From assembly GCA_910576845.1 (NCBI GenBank), contig CAJTJA010000001.1:56713-120712 (forward strand): a stretch of 64,000 nt of DNA, read 5' to 3'. This stretch comes from an uncultured Oscillibacter sp. Lineage in GTDB: Bacteria > Bacillota > Clostridia > Oscillospirales > Oscillospiraceae. Below are positions 27,316 through 37,193 of the stretch, piece by piece. Made by a program: the position numbers and the translations under genes. The number at the start of each line of letters is the position of its first letter. The first letter of the stretch is position 1. Below the pieces are notes generated by a model. It had not been told where the DNA came from, searched no databases, and saw only the letters and a program-made list of their open reading frames with translations.

Positions 27316-28290
27316 TTACCACTCATCCTTCCCTTTCTCACTGGGCAGCACCAGCTCCAGGGAGCGAATCGCACATTCAATCATGCCGCCGTCAGGCTCA
27401 TTGGTAGTAAAATTCTGCATCCAGAGGCCTGGAGCCGTCAAAATCTTCGCAAGGCGGTTCTCTTGAACATGCCGCCCCACCCAGCGGTTGAATTCATAGG
27501 TGACCCCCACAACCAGGGGCAGCAGCAGCAAGTGAACCGCCGTCCGCAGCCACACATTGGTAATGGGCCAAATCCCAAACACCACGCTGGAGAAAAGAAT
27601 TGACACACAGATCACCACAAACAGAAAGCTTGTCCCGCAGCGCGGGTGATGTCTCGGCTGAATCCGGACGTTTTCCACCGTCAGAGGGAGTCCGGCCTCG
27701 TAGCAGAAGATGGTTTTATGCTCTGCGCCGTGGTATTGAAAGACCCGATAGATGTCCTTTTGCCTGGAACAGGCAATCAGATAGACCATGAAGATGACCA
27801 CCTTCAAAAGTCCCTCCACCAGATTCCGCCCCCACAGAGGAAACCCGGGGAAAAAGTAAAGAATGCCCCCCGTCAGCAGCGTAGGCAGCACCATGAAGAG
27901 AAAGACAGACATCCCAACTCCCAGCGCCACCGCCAGTGCCACCACTGCGCTCTCCAATTTTTTGCTGGAAAGATGCTTCTCCAGCCAGAGTTCCAGCTTC
28001 GAGGGCTGCACCGTCTCTTCCTCCGGATAGAAGTCGGCGGAGTACATCAGAGCCTTGACGCCGTTCACCATAGAATCCAAAAAATTCACCGTCCCCCGGA
28101 TCAGGGGAACCCCTAGAATGGGATAACGGTCTTTGATAAAGCGGAGGTTCTCCACTTTTTCCACCAGGTTCCCCTCCTGGTCCCGAACCACAATGGCCTG
28201 TTTTTCCGGGCCCCGCATTAAAATACCCTCAATAAGCGCCTGCCCGCCGATGCTGGTGCGGAAAGCGCAGGATTTGTTTCCTTCTGTCAT
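27316..28290 (-). CDS. DUF1385 membrane protein (putative metal-dependent)
   Basis: IGGQALIEGILMRG, FQYHGAEHK, HPRCGTSF, Q.FTT.EPD. Confidence 0.88.
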   Translation of the reverse strand: MTEGNKSCAFRTSIGGQALIEGILMRGPEKQAIVVRDQEGNLVEKVENLRFIKDRYPILGVPLIRGTVNFLDSMVNGVKALMYSADFYPEEETVQPSKLELWLEKHLSSKKLESAVVALAVALGVGMSVFLFMVLPTLLTGGILYFFPGFPLWGRNLVEGLLKVVIFMVYLIACSRQKDIYRVFQYHGAEHKTIFCYEAGLPLTVENVRIQPRHHPRCGTSFLFVVICVSILFSSVVFGIWPITNVWLRTAVHLLLLPLVVGVTYEFNRWVGRHVQENRLAKILTAPGLWMQNFTTNEPDGGMIECAIRSLELVLPSEKGKDEW

Positions 28291-28358
28291 GAAATTTCCT
28301 TTCCTTGCTGTTTAGTATACCACAGGCCTTCGCAGAAAGCAAACATTTGTTCTTGTTT

Positions 28359-29822
28359 TCATGGCCGTACCGGAAGCTTGATCGTAACCACCGCCCCGCC
28401 TCCATCAGCGTTGCCAATGGTAAAAACGCCCCCGTGGAGGCCCACAATTTCGTCGCACACCGCCAGGCCGATGCCGCTTCCCCTGGCCCGTGAAGTACCC
28501 TTGTAAAATTTTTGTTTGACAAAGGGCAGCTCCTCCTCCGGGATTCCGGGACCATAATCCCGAATTTTGACCACCTGAGCGCTCCCCTCCTGGTCAATGG
28601 AGGCAGAAATACGGCGGCCCGCGCCGCCGTGCTTGGCAGCGTTGTCCAGCACATTACAGAAAACCTGCTTCAGCCGCTCCGAGTCCCCCCGGATCAGAGG
28701 AAGGTCCCCGTCCCCCGGGTGGTATTCCAGCGCGATTCCATCCTGGCGGAACAACTCCTGATAGGTAAAAATCGCATCCTCCAGCTCCGCCTGAAGATCC
28801 ACATCCTCAATCTGAAGGGTAAACCGCCCGTCCTCCATCTTGGAGAAGTCCAGCAATTCTTCCACCATGGTGGAAAGACGCCTGGACTCGTTGACAATGA
28901 CCCGGATACCCCGGCGAAGCTGCTCGGGATCGTCCGTGAGCAGATCATCCTCCAGAATAGTCTCTCCCCAGCCGTTGATTGCGGTGAGGGGCGTGCGCAG
29001 CTCATGGGAGACGGAGGAGATGAATTCACTTTTCATCTTCTCGTTCTGGCTGATTTTCAGGGACATATCGTTAATATTGTCCACCAGCTCTCCCAGCTCA
29101 TCGGAGTATTTATTCTCAATTCGGGTTCCGTAGCTCCCGGCGGAAATACGCTTCGCCGCCTCCGTCACAACCGCTACCGGCTCCACCACATTGTTGATGA
29201 ACAGCAGGTTGGAAAACACCACCATCAGCATGCAGAGCAGCGCAACCAGGAAAATCGCCAGCACCGCCAGCATCACCTGCCGGTCAACCAACCGGAGAGA
29301 CGTTACCAGACGCATGACGCCCACCACCCGTCCATTCACCGTCAGGGGGCAGGATACCGCCAAAATCTCTTCTCCCGTCTCCATATCACGGCCCTGGTAT
29401 GGGGTGGGAGTCATTCGGTTTCCCTCCAAAGCTTGCAGGATGTCGTCGGTTCCTGGGGAGGTGCCCGCCGTCAGGCCGGAGGTGGAGACCTGAATGCGGC
29501 CGCTGGAACCAATGAACTGAAGTTCAATACGGTTTTTGTCCTCAAAGCTCTCGGCGGACTGAACCGCTTTTTGGTAATAGCTGCTGAAGCCATTGTCCAT
29601 AAAATACTCATTAAAGGAGCTGGCAAGGGCTTGGGCCCGTGTCTCCAGGCCCTTTTGCATGGTGCCATAGTAATAGTTGGACACGCCGGCGGAAAACAGC
29701 GTTACAACCAGCACCAGCAGCGCAAGTATCGGCAGGATGGAATTGAATATCCACCGCTGCCGCAGGCCCCGCAGACGGAGGGAATTCCACCGCTGTTCCT
29801 TTTCCATAGCCTGAGCCTCCAT
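28359..29822 (-). CDS. HAMP sensor histidine kinase
   Basis: two TMs, HAMP, SHELRTPLT, N..DNA.K, D.GPGI, GSGIGL. Confidence 0.93.
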   Translation of the reverse strand: MEAQAMEKEQRWNSLRLRGLRQRWIFNSILPILALLVLVVTLFSAGVSNYYYGTMQKGLETRAQALASSFNEYFMDNGFSSYYQKAVQSAESFEDKNRIELQFIGSSGRIQVSTSGLTAGTSPGTDDILQALEGNRMTPTPYQGRDMETGEEILAVSCPLTVNGRVVGVMRLVTSLRLVDRQVMLAVLAIFLVALLCMLMVVFSNLLFINNVVEPVAVVTEAAKRISAGSYGTRIENKYSDELGELVDNINDMSLKISQNEKMKSEFISSVSHELRTPLTAINGWGETILEDDLLTDDPEQLRRGIRVIVNESRRLSTMVEELLDFSKMEDGRFTLQIEDVDLQAELEDAIFTYQELFRQDGIALEYHPGDGDLPLIRGDSERLKQVFCNVLDNAAKHGGAGRRISASIDQEGSAQVVKIRDYGPGIPEEELPFVKQKFYKGTSRARGSGIGLAVCDEIVGLHGGVFTIGNADGGGAVVTIKLPVRP

Positions 29823-29826
29823 CCCG

Positions 29827-30513
29827 TCACAGCCCCCATTTATATCCGTAGCCCCACACAGTGGTAATATAAGCAGGATTCTGCACGTTATCCTCAATCT
29901 TCAGCCGCAGGCGGCGGATATTCACATCCACAATCTTCAGCTCTCCAAAGTAGTCCCGACCCCAGACCATATCCAGAATTTCCTCCCGGGACAAGGCCTT
30001 TCCGGGGTTTTCCATGAACACCCGCATAATCGAATATTCCACCTGCGTCAGTTTAATCCTCTGTCCATTCTTCTCCAAAGTGCGGTTGCGGGTGTTCAGC
30101 AGGAAGGGAGGCTGGAGCAGCTCTCCGGTCTGCACCGGCTCCTCACCACCGGAGCGGCGGACCAAGGCATCCACTCTGGCCGTGAGTTCCGCCGGGGAAA
30201 AGGGCTTGGTCACATAATCATCCGCTCCGGTCATCAGCCCTGTCACCTTATCCATCTCCTGGGACCGGGCAGTCAGCATAATAATGCCGATTCGGCTGTT
30301 GGTGGCCCGGATGCGGCGGCAGACTTCAAAACCGTCGATGCCGGGAAGCATAATGTCCAGCAAAGCCACCCGAATATCGGGATTCTCCCGAAGAAGTTCC
30401 AGCGCCCCTTCTCCACTCTCTGCCTCAATGACATCATAACCGGCACGGCGCAGATTGATGACAATGAAGCCGCGGATACTGGCCTCGTCTTCTAAAACCA
30501 ACACTTTTTTCAT
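29827..30513 (-). CDS. OmpR family response regulator
   Basis: VLEDE, LLDIMLPG.DG, GADDY.TKPF, VDVNIRRLR, TVWGYGY. Confidence 0.95.
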   Translation of the reverse strand: MKKVLVLEDEASIRGFIVINLRRAGYDVIEAESGEGALELLRENPDIRVALLDIMLPGIDGFEVCRRIRATNSRIGIIMLTARSQEMDKVTGLMTGADDYVTKPFSPAELTARVDALVRRSGGEEPVQTGELLQPPFLLNTRNRTLEKNGQRIKLTQVEYSIMRVFMENPGKALSREEILDMVWGRDYFGELKIVDVNIRRLRLKIEDNVQNPAYITTVWGYGYKWGL

Positions 30514-30576
30514 TGCGTTCATTCCTTTCGCTCTTACGCCGGGATACTCTTCCGCTCCCCGCAAAAAGGCACATCA

Positions 30577-31920
30577 TCAGTTGTCTCCGGAAATCCACTC
30601 TCTGGCAATCAGGCTGAAGGCTGTCCGAACCTCTTCCGCCGTCATTGCGTGCTCCCACGGGGGATTCTCCGGCAGCTCAGCTGTATATATAACAGCGCTC
30701 TGCCGGCTGAGGGAGAAGCGATTGCCCCGCGTGGCCCGAATCTCCCTTCCGGAGCCGGTAAGAGTGGTAATCCGAAGAATGGCGGCGCCCCGTATTCCAT
30801 CCTCGCCGACAACATAAAAGGTGACGCTGGAATCGCCGCCGGAACCGCTCCGCTCCGCTTCCACCCGGCCCGCCCAAGTCTCCGGTGTTTGAAGATACCA
30901 GCCGTCCTCTACACAGTGATAGGTACTGACCGCCGTCTCCCCCATACCGTCCAGGCCGAAGACCCGCCAGTCCACCCGTTGGAAAGGCGCCGTCCCGTCA
31001 GGCGAAAACGGAACCGGAACTTCCGTCAAACCATCGCCGTTAATGTCCATAGGATAGAGGCTGTAAAACGGGGCTATCTCCCCCGAAACACCGGTGGCCT
31101 CAGAAAGCACAATGTTGGTCAGCTCCCCGTTGCGCACAGCCAGAATATCAGTGACCGCCCCAGACTGCTCCGTCACGCCGGTGACAAAAAGGGCAAACTC
31201 ACCCGCTTTCAATTTCCCGGCGTTCAGCCTGCCGTGCTGGCTCAGCTCCGCCATGGTAATGGAAATCCTGGCCGGAGACTGCGCTGTCAGGCCACCCTCC
31301 TGCCAGTCATAGTAATCGGCCACGCCCTCTCCCTCCTCGTCGGCATGGAGAACCACCAGCTCCTGAAGGCCGTCGCCATCCAGATCGGCGCTGGCATATC
31401 GGACATAGCTGACGCTGCGCAAAAGCTCTTTCGTGCCGGCAGGGGTCAGTGCATAGACCGACAGGGCCTGGAGCTCCGCGTTCACCCGCCAGCCCACAAT
31501 CAGCTCCGTCTGCCCGTCGCCATCCATATCGCTGTATACAATGCTGTATACCGACGCTCCGCTGCCCTCAATCACGGCGGACTGCTCATAACGGTTTTCC
31601 CTCACCGAGAAAATATAAATTTTCAAAGGCCGTTCATCCTCCGCCTTGCGGAAAAAGGCCACCGCTTCCTGCTGGCCGTCCCCGTCCAGATCGGTCAGCT
31701 GAACAGGCTGAATATTGGTGCCGGAAGTAGGCGCGGCATACTCCGCGCCGTCCTCCAAAATGGCATTCAGCTGGCCGTTCAACTCCGTATATTTGGCAGG
31801 CAGTTCCGGGAGGGCGTAGAGCTCTTCCGGACTAAATTCAATGGCAAAGCCGCTGCAGCCGCCAAGAGCCATTGACAGCAATACTGCCACCGCCAAGATT
31901 TGTATCTTCCTTCCCATCAC
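30577..31920 (-). CDS. lipoprotein with FG-GAP/VCBS-like DxDGDG repeats
   Basis: LGGC lipobox; DLDGDG, DMDGDG, DLDGDG, DINGDG. Confidence 0.8.
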   Translation of the reverse strand: MMGRKIQILAVAVLLSMALGGCSGFAIEFSPEELYALPELPAKYTELNGQLNAILEDGAEYAAPTSGTNIQPVQLTDLDGDGQQEAVAFFRKAEDERPLKIYIFSVRENRYEQSAVIEGSGASVYSIVYSDMDGDGQTELIVGWRVNAELQALSVYALTPAGTKELLRSVSYVRYASADLDGDGLQELVVLHADEEGEGVADYYDWQEGGLTAQSPARISITMAELSQHGRLNAGKLKAGEFALFVTGVTEQSGAVTDILAVRNGELTNIVLSEATGVSGEIAPFYSLYPMDINGDGLTEVPVPFSPDGTAPFQRVDWRVFGLDGMGETAVSTYHCVEDGWYLQTPETWAGRVEAERSGSGGDSSVTFYVVGEDGIRGAAILRITTLTGSGREIRATRGNRFSLSRQSAVIYTAELPENPPWEHAMTAEEVRTAFSLIAREWISGDN

Positions 31921-31987
31921 GCCGCCTCCCTTGCCGGTGAAGTTTCAATAAGCGTTTCTTCAACTGGATTTTGAAAGCCGCAGCTGA

Positions 31988-32179
31988 TACAGCCAACATA
32001 GTTGAAAAGAAATATTGCCTTCTTCTCAACCGGCGGACCAAAGGTTCGCCGGGGCGCAGAGCGCCCATGCGTTTCCTATAAAGTCAAGCATAGAAAGCCA
32101 CTGATGCGGCCTGCGGCGTTCTAAAACAGCGCCGCATGGAAAAGAATCTTTTGGATTCTTTTCACCCGTGCTGACTATA
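31988..32179. mobile_element. MITE-like element, TATAGTCA-ended family (copy 2)
   Basis: left TACAGCCAACATAGTTGAAAAGAA vs reverse complement of right end TATAGTCAGCACGGGTGAAAAGAA; shares AAAAGAAT..TTTG(G)ATTCTTTTCA with 7416-7599. Confidence 0.55.
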
Positions 32180-32787
32180 TTACATCGCTAAGCCGCCTTG
32201 TCCAGCAAAAGCCTCCCTGACCCGCCAGTCCATTAATCTTAATATTGTATCATATCACAACTTCCGTCATTTGGGTAGTATTTCTTCACTTGATTTTTGC
32301 CTTGGTGCAATGTTGCCTTCACCGGTACGGACCTGAGCCGGGAGATCAAAGTACTCCTGTGCCTCCCAAACCGCACAGGTGGTAAAGCCGAGATTCAGCA
32401 GTCCCAAGACGGGCGGGGAGCCTCCGGCATTTTCTGTGCGGCTCCTGCCCAGGGAAACGGACCGCTGTGGCTCAGTCCGGCCGGAACGGAGACCCTGCTG
32501 ACGCTGCCGGCACTGCTGCGGCTCAGAAAGCGGAAAACGTCACAAGCAGCCCAACTCACTGCTTTCGTCAAAGCGCAAATAATACAGAGAGGACTGTCGA
32601 ATATTGACAATCCTCTCTGTATTTTGACAGAATCCCCTTTGCTGCCGCACAGGTTCAATATTTCGCCTGACACCGAGAGACGCCAAAAGGTTTCGGCGTT
32701 GATTCCTTCGATTGCCAAGGAACAATAAACCTGTCAAAAGGCGGCTGATCTGAAACCACAGCGGTATTCCCAAAAGCTTTTGGCTCC

Positions 32788-33837
32788 TCAAGAAAAATGC
32801 CGGGCCTTCTTTTGCGGCAGCGCTGTCGGAAGAGGAGGAAGGACCCGCTCTTTCAGATAAATCTCCTTCAGGCACTTTCCCACCTGTTCCAAGCTCCGGG
32901 ACTCTGCCACCGCCCGTCCCGCAGAAGTAATATCCCGCAGCGTTCCGTCCAACAGGTCCGATACAATTCGTTGAAATCCGTCGTTATCCGACGTTTTGTA
33001 TACATTTTCTCCGTCTTGCAGCCAGCCTCCGTAAACAGGAATGTCGCGCAGCACGGTAGGGATGCCGCAGGCTAAGGCCTCCAGTACCACAATCCCCTCT
33101 GTTTCCTCATGGCTGAGGAAGGCAAAAACATCCGCTCCCTGATATGCCTCCCGCAATTTCTCCCGGTCTACATAACCGGGGAAAAGCACGTTGGCAGGGG
33201 CATGCTGAATCGCCTGCGCAATCTCCTGGGGAATCAGCTTTGGATTTGTCCAGCCGAACCAGATGAAACGGACATCGGGCAGCCGCTCTGCCAAATCCAG
33301 GAACTCAGTCACTCCTTTTCTGGCAATGGTGTGCCCCACAGAAACCACCACTTTTTCCTCCCTTCCCAGTCCATACCGGGCACGGAAGGCCGCCCGGGCC
33401 GCAGAGTCGGGCTTAAAGAAGCCGGTGTCCACGCCGTTGGAGATGCTGTACACCGGTTTTTTCAGGCCATAGCCCTCCAGAAGCTGCTTAGAATACTCCG
33501 TGGGGGTCAGCACCACATCTCCCAGGCTGTAGCAGAAGGTAATCCACCGCTTGAACAGCGGGGCCAAAGCATTGGAGCCCTTAAAGGAGGAGCGGAAATC
33601 CTCCATGGTGGAATGCCCGTACCAAATCACCTTCCGTCCCCGGAGCTTTGCCCCCAAGGCGGCAAACACAGAATCCGGGAGAATGGTGTTCACATGGACG
33701 GCAGCGGCATCCTGGGTCCAGCGGTCCGTGGTTGGCACGCCGGAGCGCCGGAGACACTCCCGCTGGTGGCGGATAGCCTGTCCCACGCCGCTCCGGCCAA
33801 CAAGCTTTTCCCCGCCGCTGTAAATGTAGATTTTCAT
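32788..33837 (-). CDS. GT4 glycosyltransferase (diglycosyl-diacylglycerol synthase-like)
   Basis: SGVGQA..HQ, HST.EDFR.SF, SNG, EETEGIVVLEALA. Confidence 0.85.
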   Translation of the reverse strand: MKIYIYSGGEKLVGRSGVGQAIRHQRECLRRSGVPTTDRWTQDAAAVHVNTILPDSVFAALGAKLRGRKVIWYGHSTMEDFRSSFKGSNALAPLFKRWITFCYSLGDVVLTPTEYSKQLLEGYGLKKPVYSISNGVDTGFFKPDSAARAAFRARYGLGREEKVVVSVGHTIARKGVTEFLDLAERLPDVRFIWFGWTNPKLIPQEIAQAIQHAPANVLFPGYVDREKLREAYQGADVFAFLSHEETEGIVVLEALACGIPTVLRDIPVYGGWLQDGENVYKTSDNDGFQRIVSDLLDGTLRDITSAGRAVAESRSLEQVGKCLKEIYLKERVLPPLPTALPQKKARHFS

Positions 33838-34128
33838 GGCGTCAGCTCCTCTTGCTTTTGATATGGTTTGGTAAAATGACCCGCAAGAAGCCGCGGGAGC
33901 CCTCCGCCGCAGTTAAGCAGCAGCGGTGGGGAGAGGAAGAAGGAGCGGGCGGAGCTTCTTCTAACGGCTAACGGCGCCCCCTGTTCTCCGGCCGGCGGCC
34001 TGCCTGTTTTGGCAATCGTTTTCCGATTTTGGGTGCACAAATCCAAGCAGACGGTTTGTCCGCTTTTTCATGTTCCCATAAAATCAATTGTTCCGCAAAA
34101 CCGTCGTTTTATAACGGCATTATTTTCT

Positions 34129-34292
34129 TAGAGGGTGTCTTCAAACTCCCGGAATGCTGGATTTGGGCATATTTTTTCGTCAGGCAAGGCGCTTTGGCGC
34201 AGAAATCCTGACGGATTTCAAGCCGAAGCAGCGCAGCACGGTGGAAAAAGATATTCTAAAACAGCGTTTTGGGTGTTTGGAGACACCCTCTA
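34129..34292. mobile_element. ~165 bp MITE-like element
   Basis: TAGAGGGTGTCTTCAAACTCCCGGAATGCTG vs reverse complement of right end TAGAGGGTGTCTCCAAACACCCAAAACGCTG. Confidence 0.75.
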
Positions 34293-34297
34293 GCGCG

Positions 34298-34897
34298 TCA
34301 GCCGGGAAACAGCACCTTCCAAAGGGCCACCAGGCCCATGCTGTAAAGAGCGATGTTAAAGGGCTTTCCCAGAAGAATAATGGCAGTATAGCGCCGCCAT
34401 GTCATACTGGTAGTGCCTGCCAGATAGCACAGAAAGTCGTCCGGGGCAATAGGCAGGAAGATGGACCAGAAAAACAGCTTGGCAAAGCGGTCCCGCTTCT
34501 CCGTCCAGGCATCGTATTTCTGAATGGTCTTCTCCGAAAACAGCAGATACAGCAAGGGCCGCCCACAGTTCTTCGCCACGGCAAAGGCCAGCAGGGAACC
34601 GATGCAGATGCCCACATAGTTATACGTAAAACCCCAGATAGGCCCAAAGAGGATCACTCCCACCAGGCAGCCCAGGCCACCCGGCAAAATGGGAACCACT
34701 ACCTGCACCGCCTGAAAGACGGTGAAAAGCAGAGCGCCGGCAGGCCCCCATTTAGTCACCAGATCCTGAAGCTTCTCCTGGGATGTCAATACCCCTGTCT
34801 GCCATCCCCAGACCGCCACTGCCACGCAGACCACAAAGCCTGCCAGCGACACTGCCTGTAAGGCCCGTTTTTCAATAGGAACCGCCTGCTGATTCAT
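34298..34897 (-). CDS. TVP38/TMEM64 (VTT/DedA-superfamily) membrane protein
   Basis: QVVVPILPGG, FGP..G..YNYVG, P..PDD.LCYLAG. Confidence 0.88.
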   Translation of the reverse strand: MNQQAVPIEKRALQAVSLAGFVVCVAVAVWGWQTGVLTSQEKLQDLVTKWGPAGALLFTVFQAVQVVVPILPGGLGCLVGVILFGPIWGFTYNYVGICIGSLLAFAVAKNCGRPLLYLLFSEKTIQKYDAWTEKRDRFAKLFFWSIFLPIAPDDFLCYLAGTTSMTWRRYTAIILLGKPFNIALYSMGLVALWKVLFPG

Positions 34898-36066
34898 GCC
34901 GGTATCCTCCGTAGAGCGTTTCGCTCAGCCTGCTCGAAATAAATAGCCTCCACCCGCTCCGCAAACCGCTGAGCAGAGTACTCCTCCCCCGTCTCCCGGG
35001 CACAGCGCCGCAACGCCTCCCACTGATGGGGCTTCGAAAGAAAGCCGTTCAGCTTTTGGCGGAAATCCTCTTCGTCGTGGTACTGCCAGCCGTTTTCTCC
35101 ATCCCGGACCACCCCCAGCAAACAGGGGTCCGCACGGCACAGCACCGGCACACCGGCAGCCAAAGCCTCGGCGTAGGTCAAGCCCTGGGTCTCACTGGTG
35201 GAAGCGCTGACAAAAACGTCTCCCAGCTGATACCACTCGGCCACCTGCTCCGCCGGAACCATACCTGCAAAGACCACATCCGGAGCGGTCAGCCCCAAGC
35301 CTGCGGCCACGCTTTCCAGCCGTTTGCGGTCCGGACCGTCCCCCACCAAAAGAAGGGTGACTGCTTCCTGCCCCATTTCTGCCCGGAAGCGCAGCAGCTC
35401 ATCCACACCTTTCTCCTCGGCCAAGCGGCCCACAAAAACCAGAACGGTCCGATCCTGGGGAATCTCCAGGCTGGCCCGGAGCACCGCGCTCCGAAGGGGG
35501 TCCGGCTCACCCCGGAAGCGCCGCAGATCAATTCCCGAGGGAATCACAAAAACGGGCTTCCGCACGCCATAGCCCTGGAGCAGCATCCGCACTTTTCCGG
35601 TGGGAGCGATCAGGCAGTCTGTGTGAGAGGCGGCCCACCGCGTAAAAACCGCAGCGGCTTTCTTGCCGAAATGGACGCTGGGGGAAAAATAGTGCGTGTA
35701 ATCTTCATATACCGTATGGTAAGTATGGACCAGAGGAATGTCCAGCGCCTCGGCAATGCGCCGGGCCAGAAAAAAGGTGGAAAACTCACACTGAGAATGG
35801 ACCACCTCGGGTCCCCATTCCACAATCTCCTGCACCCAGCGGCCGGCCAGCGCCGTCCGCAGCCGCGCCCCCGGATAAACCAGGCCCGCCGCCACAGAGC
35901 CAAGATACGTTACGCCGTCCCGCTCATAAGAACGGGTGCTTTGAGACAGGGTGAGAACCCGGACCTCATGGCCCCGGAGTTCCAGCTCCCTCCGAAGATT
36001 TTTGACTGAGGTGACCACACCGTTCACCGCAGGGATGTACCAGTCGGATGTAATTAAAATTTTCAT
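34894..36066 (-). CDS. GT4 glycosyltransferase (monoglucosyl-diacylglycerol synthase-like)
   Basis: MKILITSDWY.P.VNGVVTS, HTYHT.YEDY.HY, GRLA.EK, SETQGLTY.EA. Confidence 0.88.
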   Translation of the reverse strand: MKILITSDWYIPAVNGVVTSVKNLRRELELRGHEVRVLTLSQSTRSYERDGVTYLGSVAAGLVYPGARLRTALAGRWVQEIVEWGPEVVHSQCEFSTFFLARRIAEALDIPLVHTYHTVYEDYTHYFSPSVHFGKKAAAVFTRWAASHTDCLIAPTGKVRMLLQGYGVRKPVFVIPSGIDLRRFRGEPDPLRSAVLRASLEIPQDRTVLVFVGRLAEEKGVDELLRFRAEMGQEAVTLLLVGDGPDRKRLESVAAGLGLTAPDVVFAGMVPAEQVAEWYQLGDVFVSASTSETQGLTYAEALAAGVPVLCRADPCLLGVVRDGENGWQYHDEEDFRQKLNGFLSKPHQWEALRRCARETGEEYSAQRFAERVEAIYFEQAERNALRRIPA

Positions 36067-36251
36067 GGCAAGCCTCGATTCTCTTGTTTCAAATATATTA
36101 CGAAATAGAGGGGAAAGATTCTTCACCGGATTCTAAAAAATATTTCCTCCTGTACCATTGTACTATCGTATTAAATATAATAATACAGTTGATACAGCTT
36201 GTCAAGCCTTCAGGCAAAGAAACTTCTTTCAAATGCCGCCCTTTTTCTTAA

Positions 36252-36406
36252 GAGCCTGTTTGAAATCTCCAGATACGCCGGACAGACGGAAATTCGGGGC
36301 CACTCAAGGGAAATTTTTGCGGGCTGACGCCTGCAAAACAATTTAAGCGCGGGGCGGCAGGAAACGGCACGCTCAGACAGTGTGCTTGGGAATTTCAAAC
36401 AGGCCC
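36252..36406. mobile_element. ~155 bp MITE-like element
   Basis: GAGCCTGTTTGAAAT ... ATTTCAAACAGGCCC terminal inverted repeats. Confidence 0.7.
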
Positions 36407-36732
36407 AAAGAAACGGACCCGGCCTGTTCGTAAGCATACACCAATTATTGAAAAAGAAAGTTACAAAAAAAGTACAATTTTGTAATTTTCCGTTATTCTT
36501 CTGCATAGCTCCATTACTTGCAGCAATCATAACAAAGAAATCTTTCCAGCTTCTTTCTAAAATCTGACAGTACTGAAAGATTTAAGCCTCTTGGTCTTGT
36601 CTCTTATTTAAAAAGTGTGAATACGCCCAAGCGGCGGCCAAGCATTCGCTGAATCACCGGCAGGAAAATTTTTCATTTATCAACGCAGCTATGTTCCGAA
36701 ATTCCGCCGGATTGCAAGAACTCCGCCGCTTC

Positions 36733-36899
36733 TTAGGGCCTGTTCACATAAGGCCAAACACACATCTTTCCGGCAAATTTTGCCGTCTGCGGCGTTAAAA
36801 ATTTTTGACGCACGCCAGTGCGCCTGCAAGTTTTTGCCTTGCAGCCGGCGAAAATTTGCTCGAAAATCTGCGCATTTATCTTATGTGAACAGGCCCTAA
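36733..36899. mobile_element. 167 bp MITE-like element with perfect 20-bp TIRs
   Basis: TTAGGGCCTGTTCACATAAG ... CTTATGTGAACAGGCCCTAA. Confidence 0.8.
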
Positions 36900-37193
36900 C
36901 GGAAAATATCCTGAGGGGGCACTTTGATAATTCCAGAGGCCGCTTTAATGAAACGGCTCCGCCGGTGAACCTGCGTTTACCGGCGGAGCCTAAAGAGAGG
37001 GGTATTCCATTCTGATAAGCCCTTGCCTGGCAAGCAATCCGCACCCATCCGATATTCCGCCGGTTTTATAACAGACTCTAAGGCTTCGCCAGGCTCAGCG
37101 CTTGCCGAAGCCTTTTCTCCGCTTCCCAATCATTAAGGAGCGAACACCGCAGAGCTCCTCCCGTCGTCGGAACCGCCAAACGCCTTATGTCCT

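Noticed and set aside
32297..32728. 143-aa ORF or possible gene relic in the gap before the glycosyltransferases
   Set aside because: No RBS, no recognisable family, and it runs into palindromic sequence
36640..36720. CGCTGAATC resembling the start of a c-di-AMP (ydaO) riboswitch
   Set aside because: The remaining conserved elements are absent and there is no downstream gene on that strand
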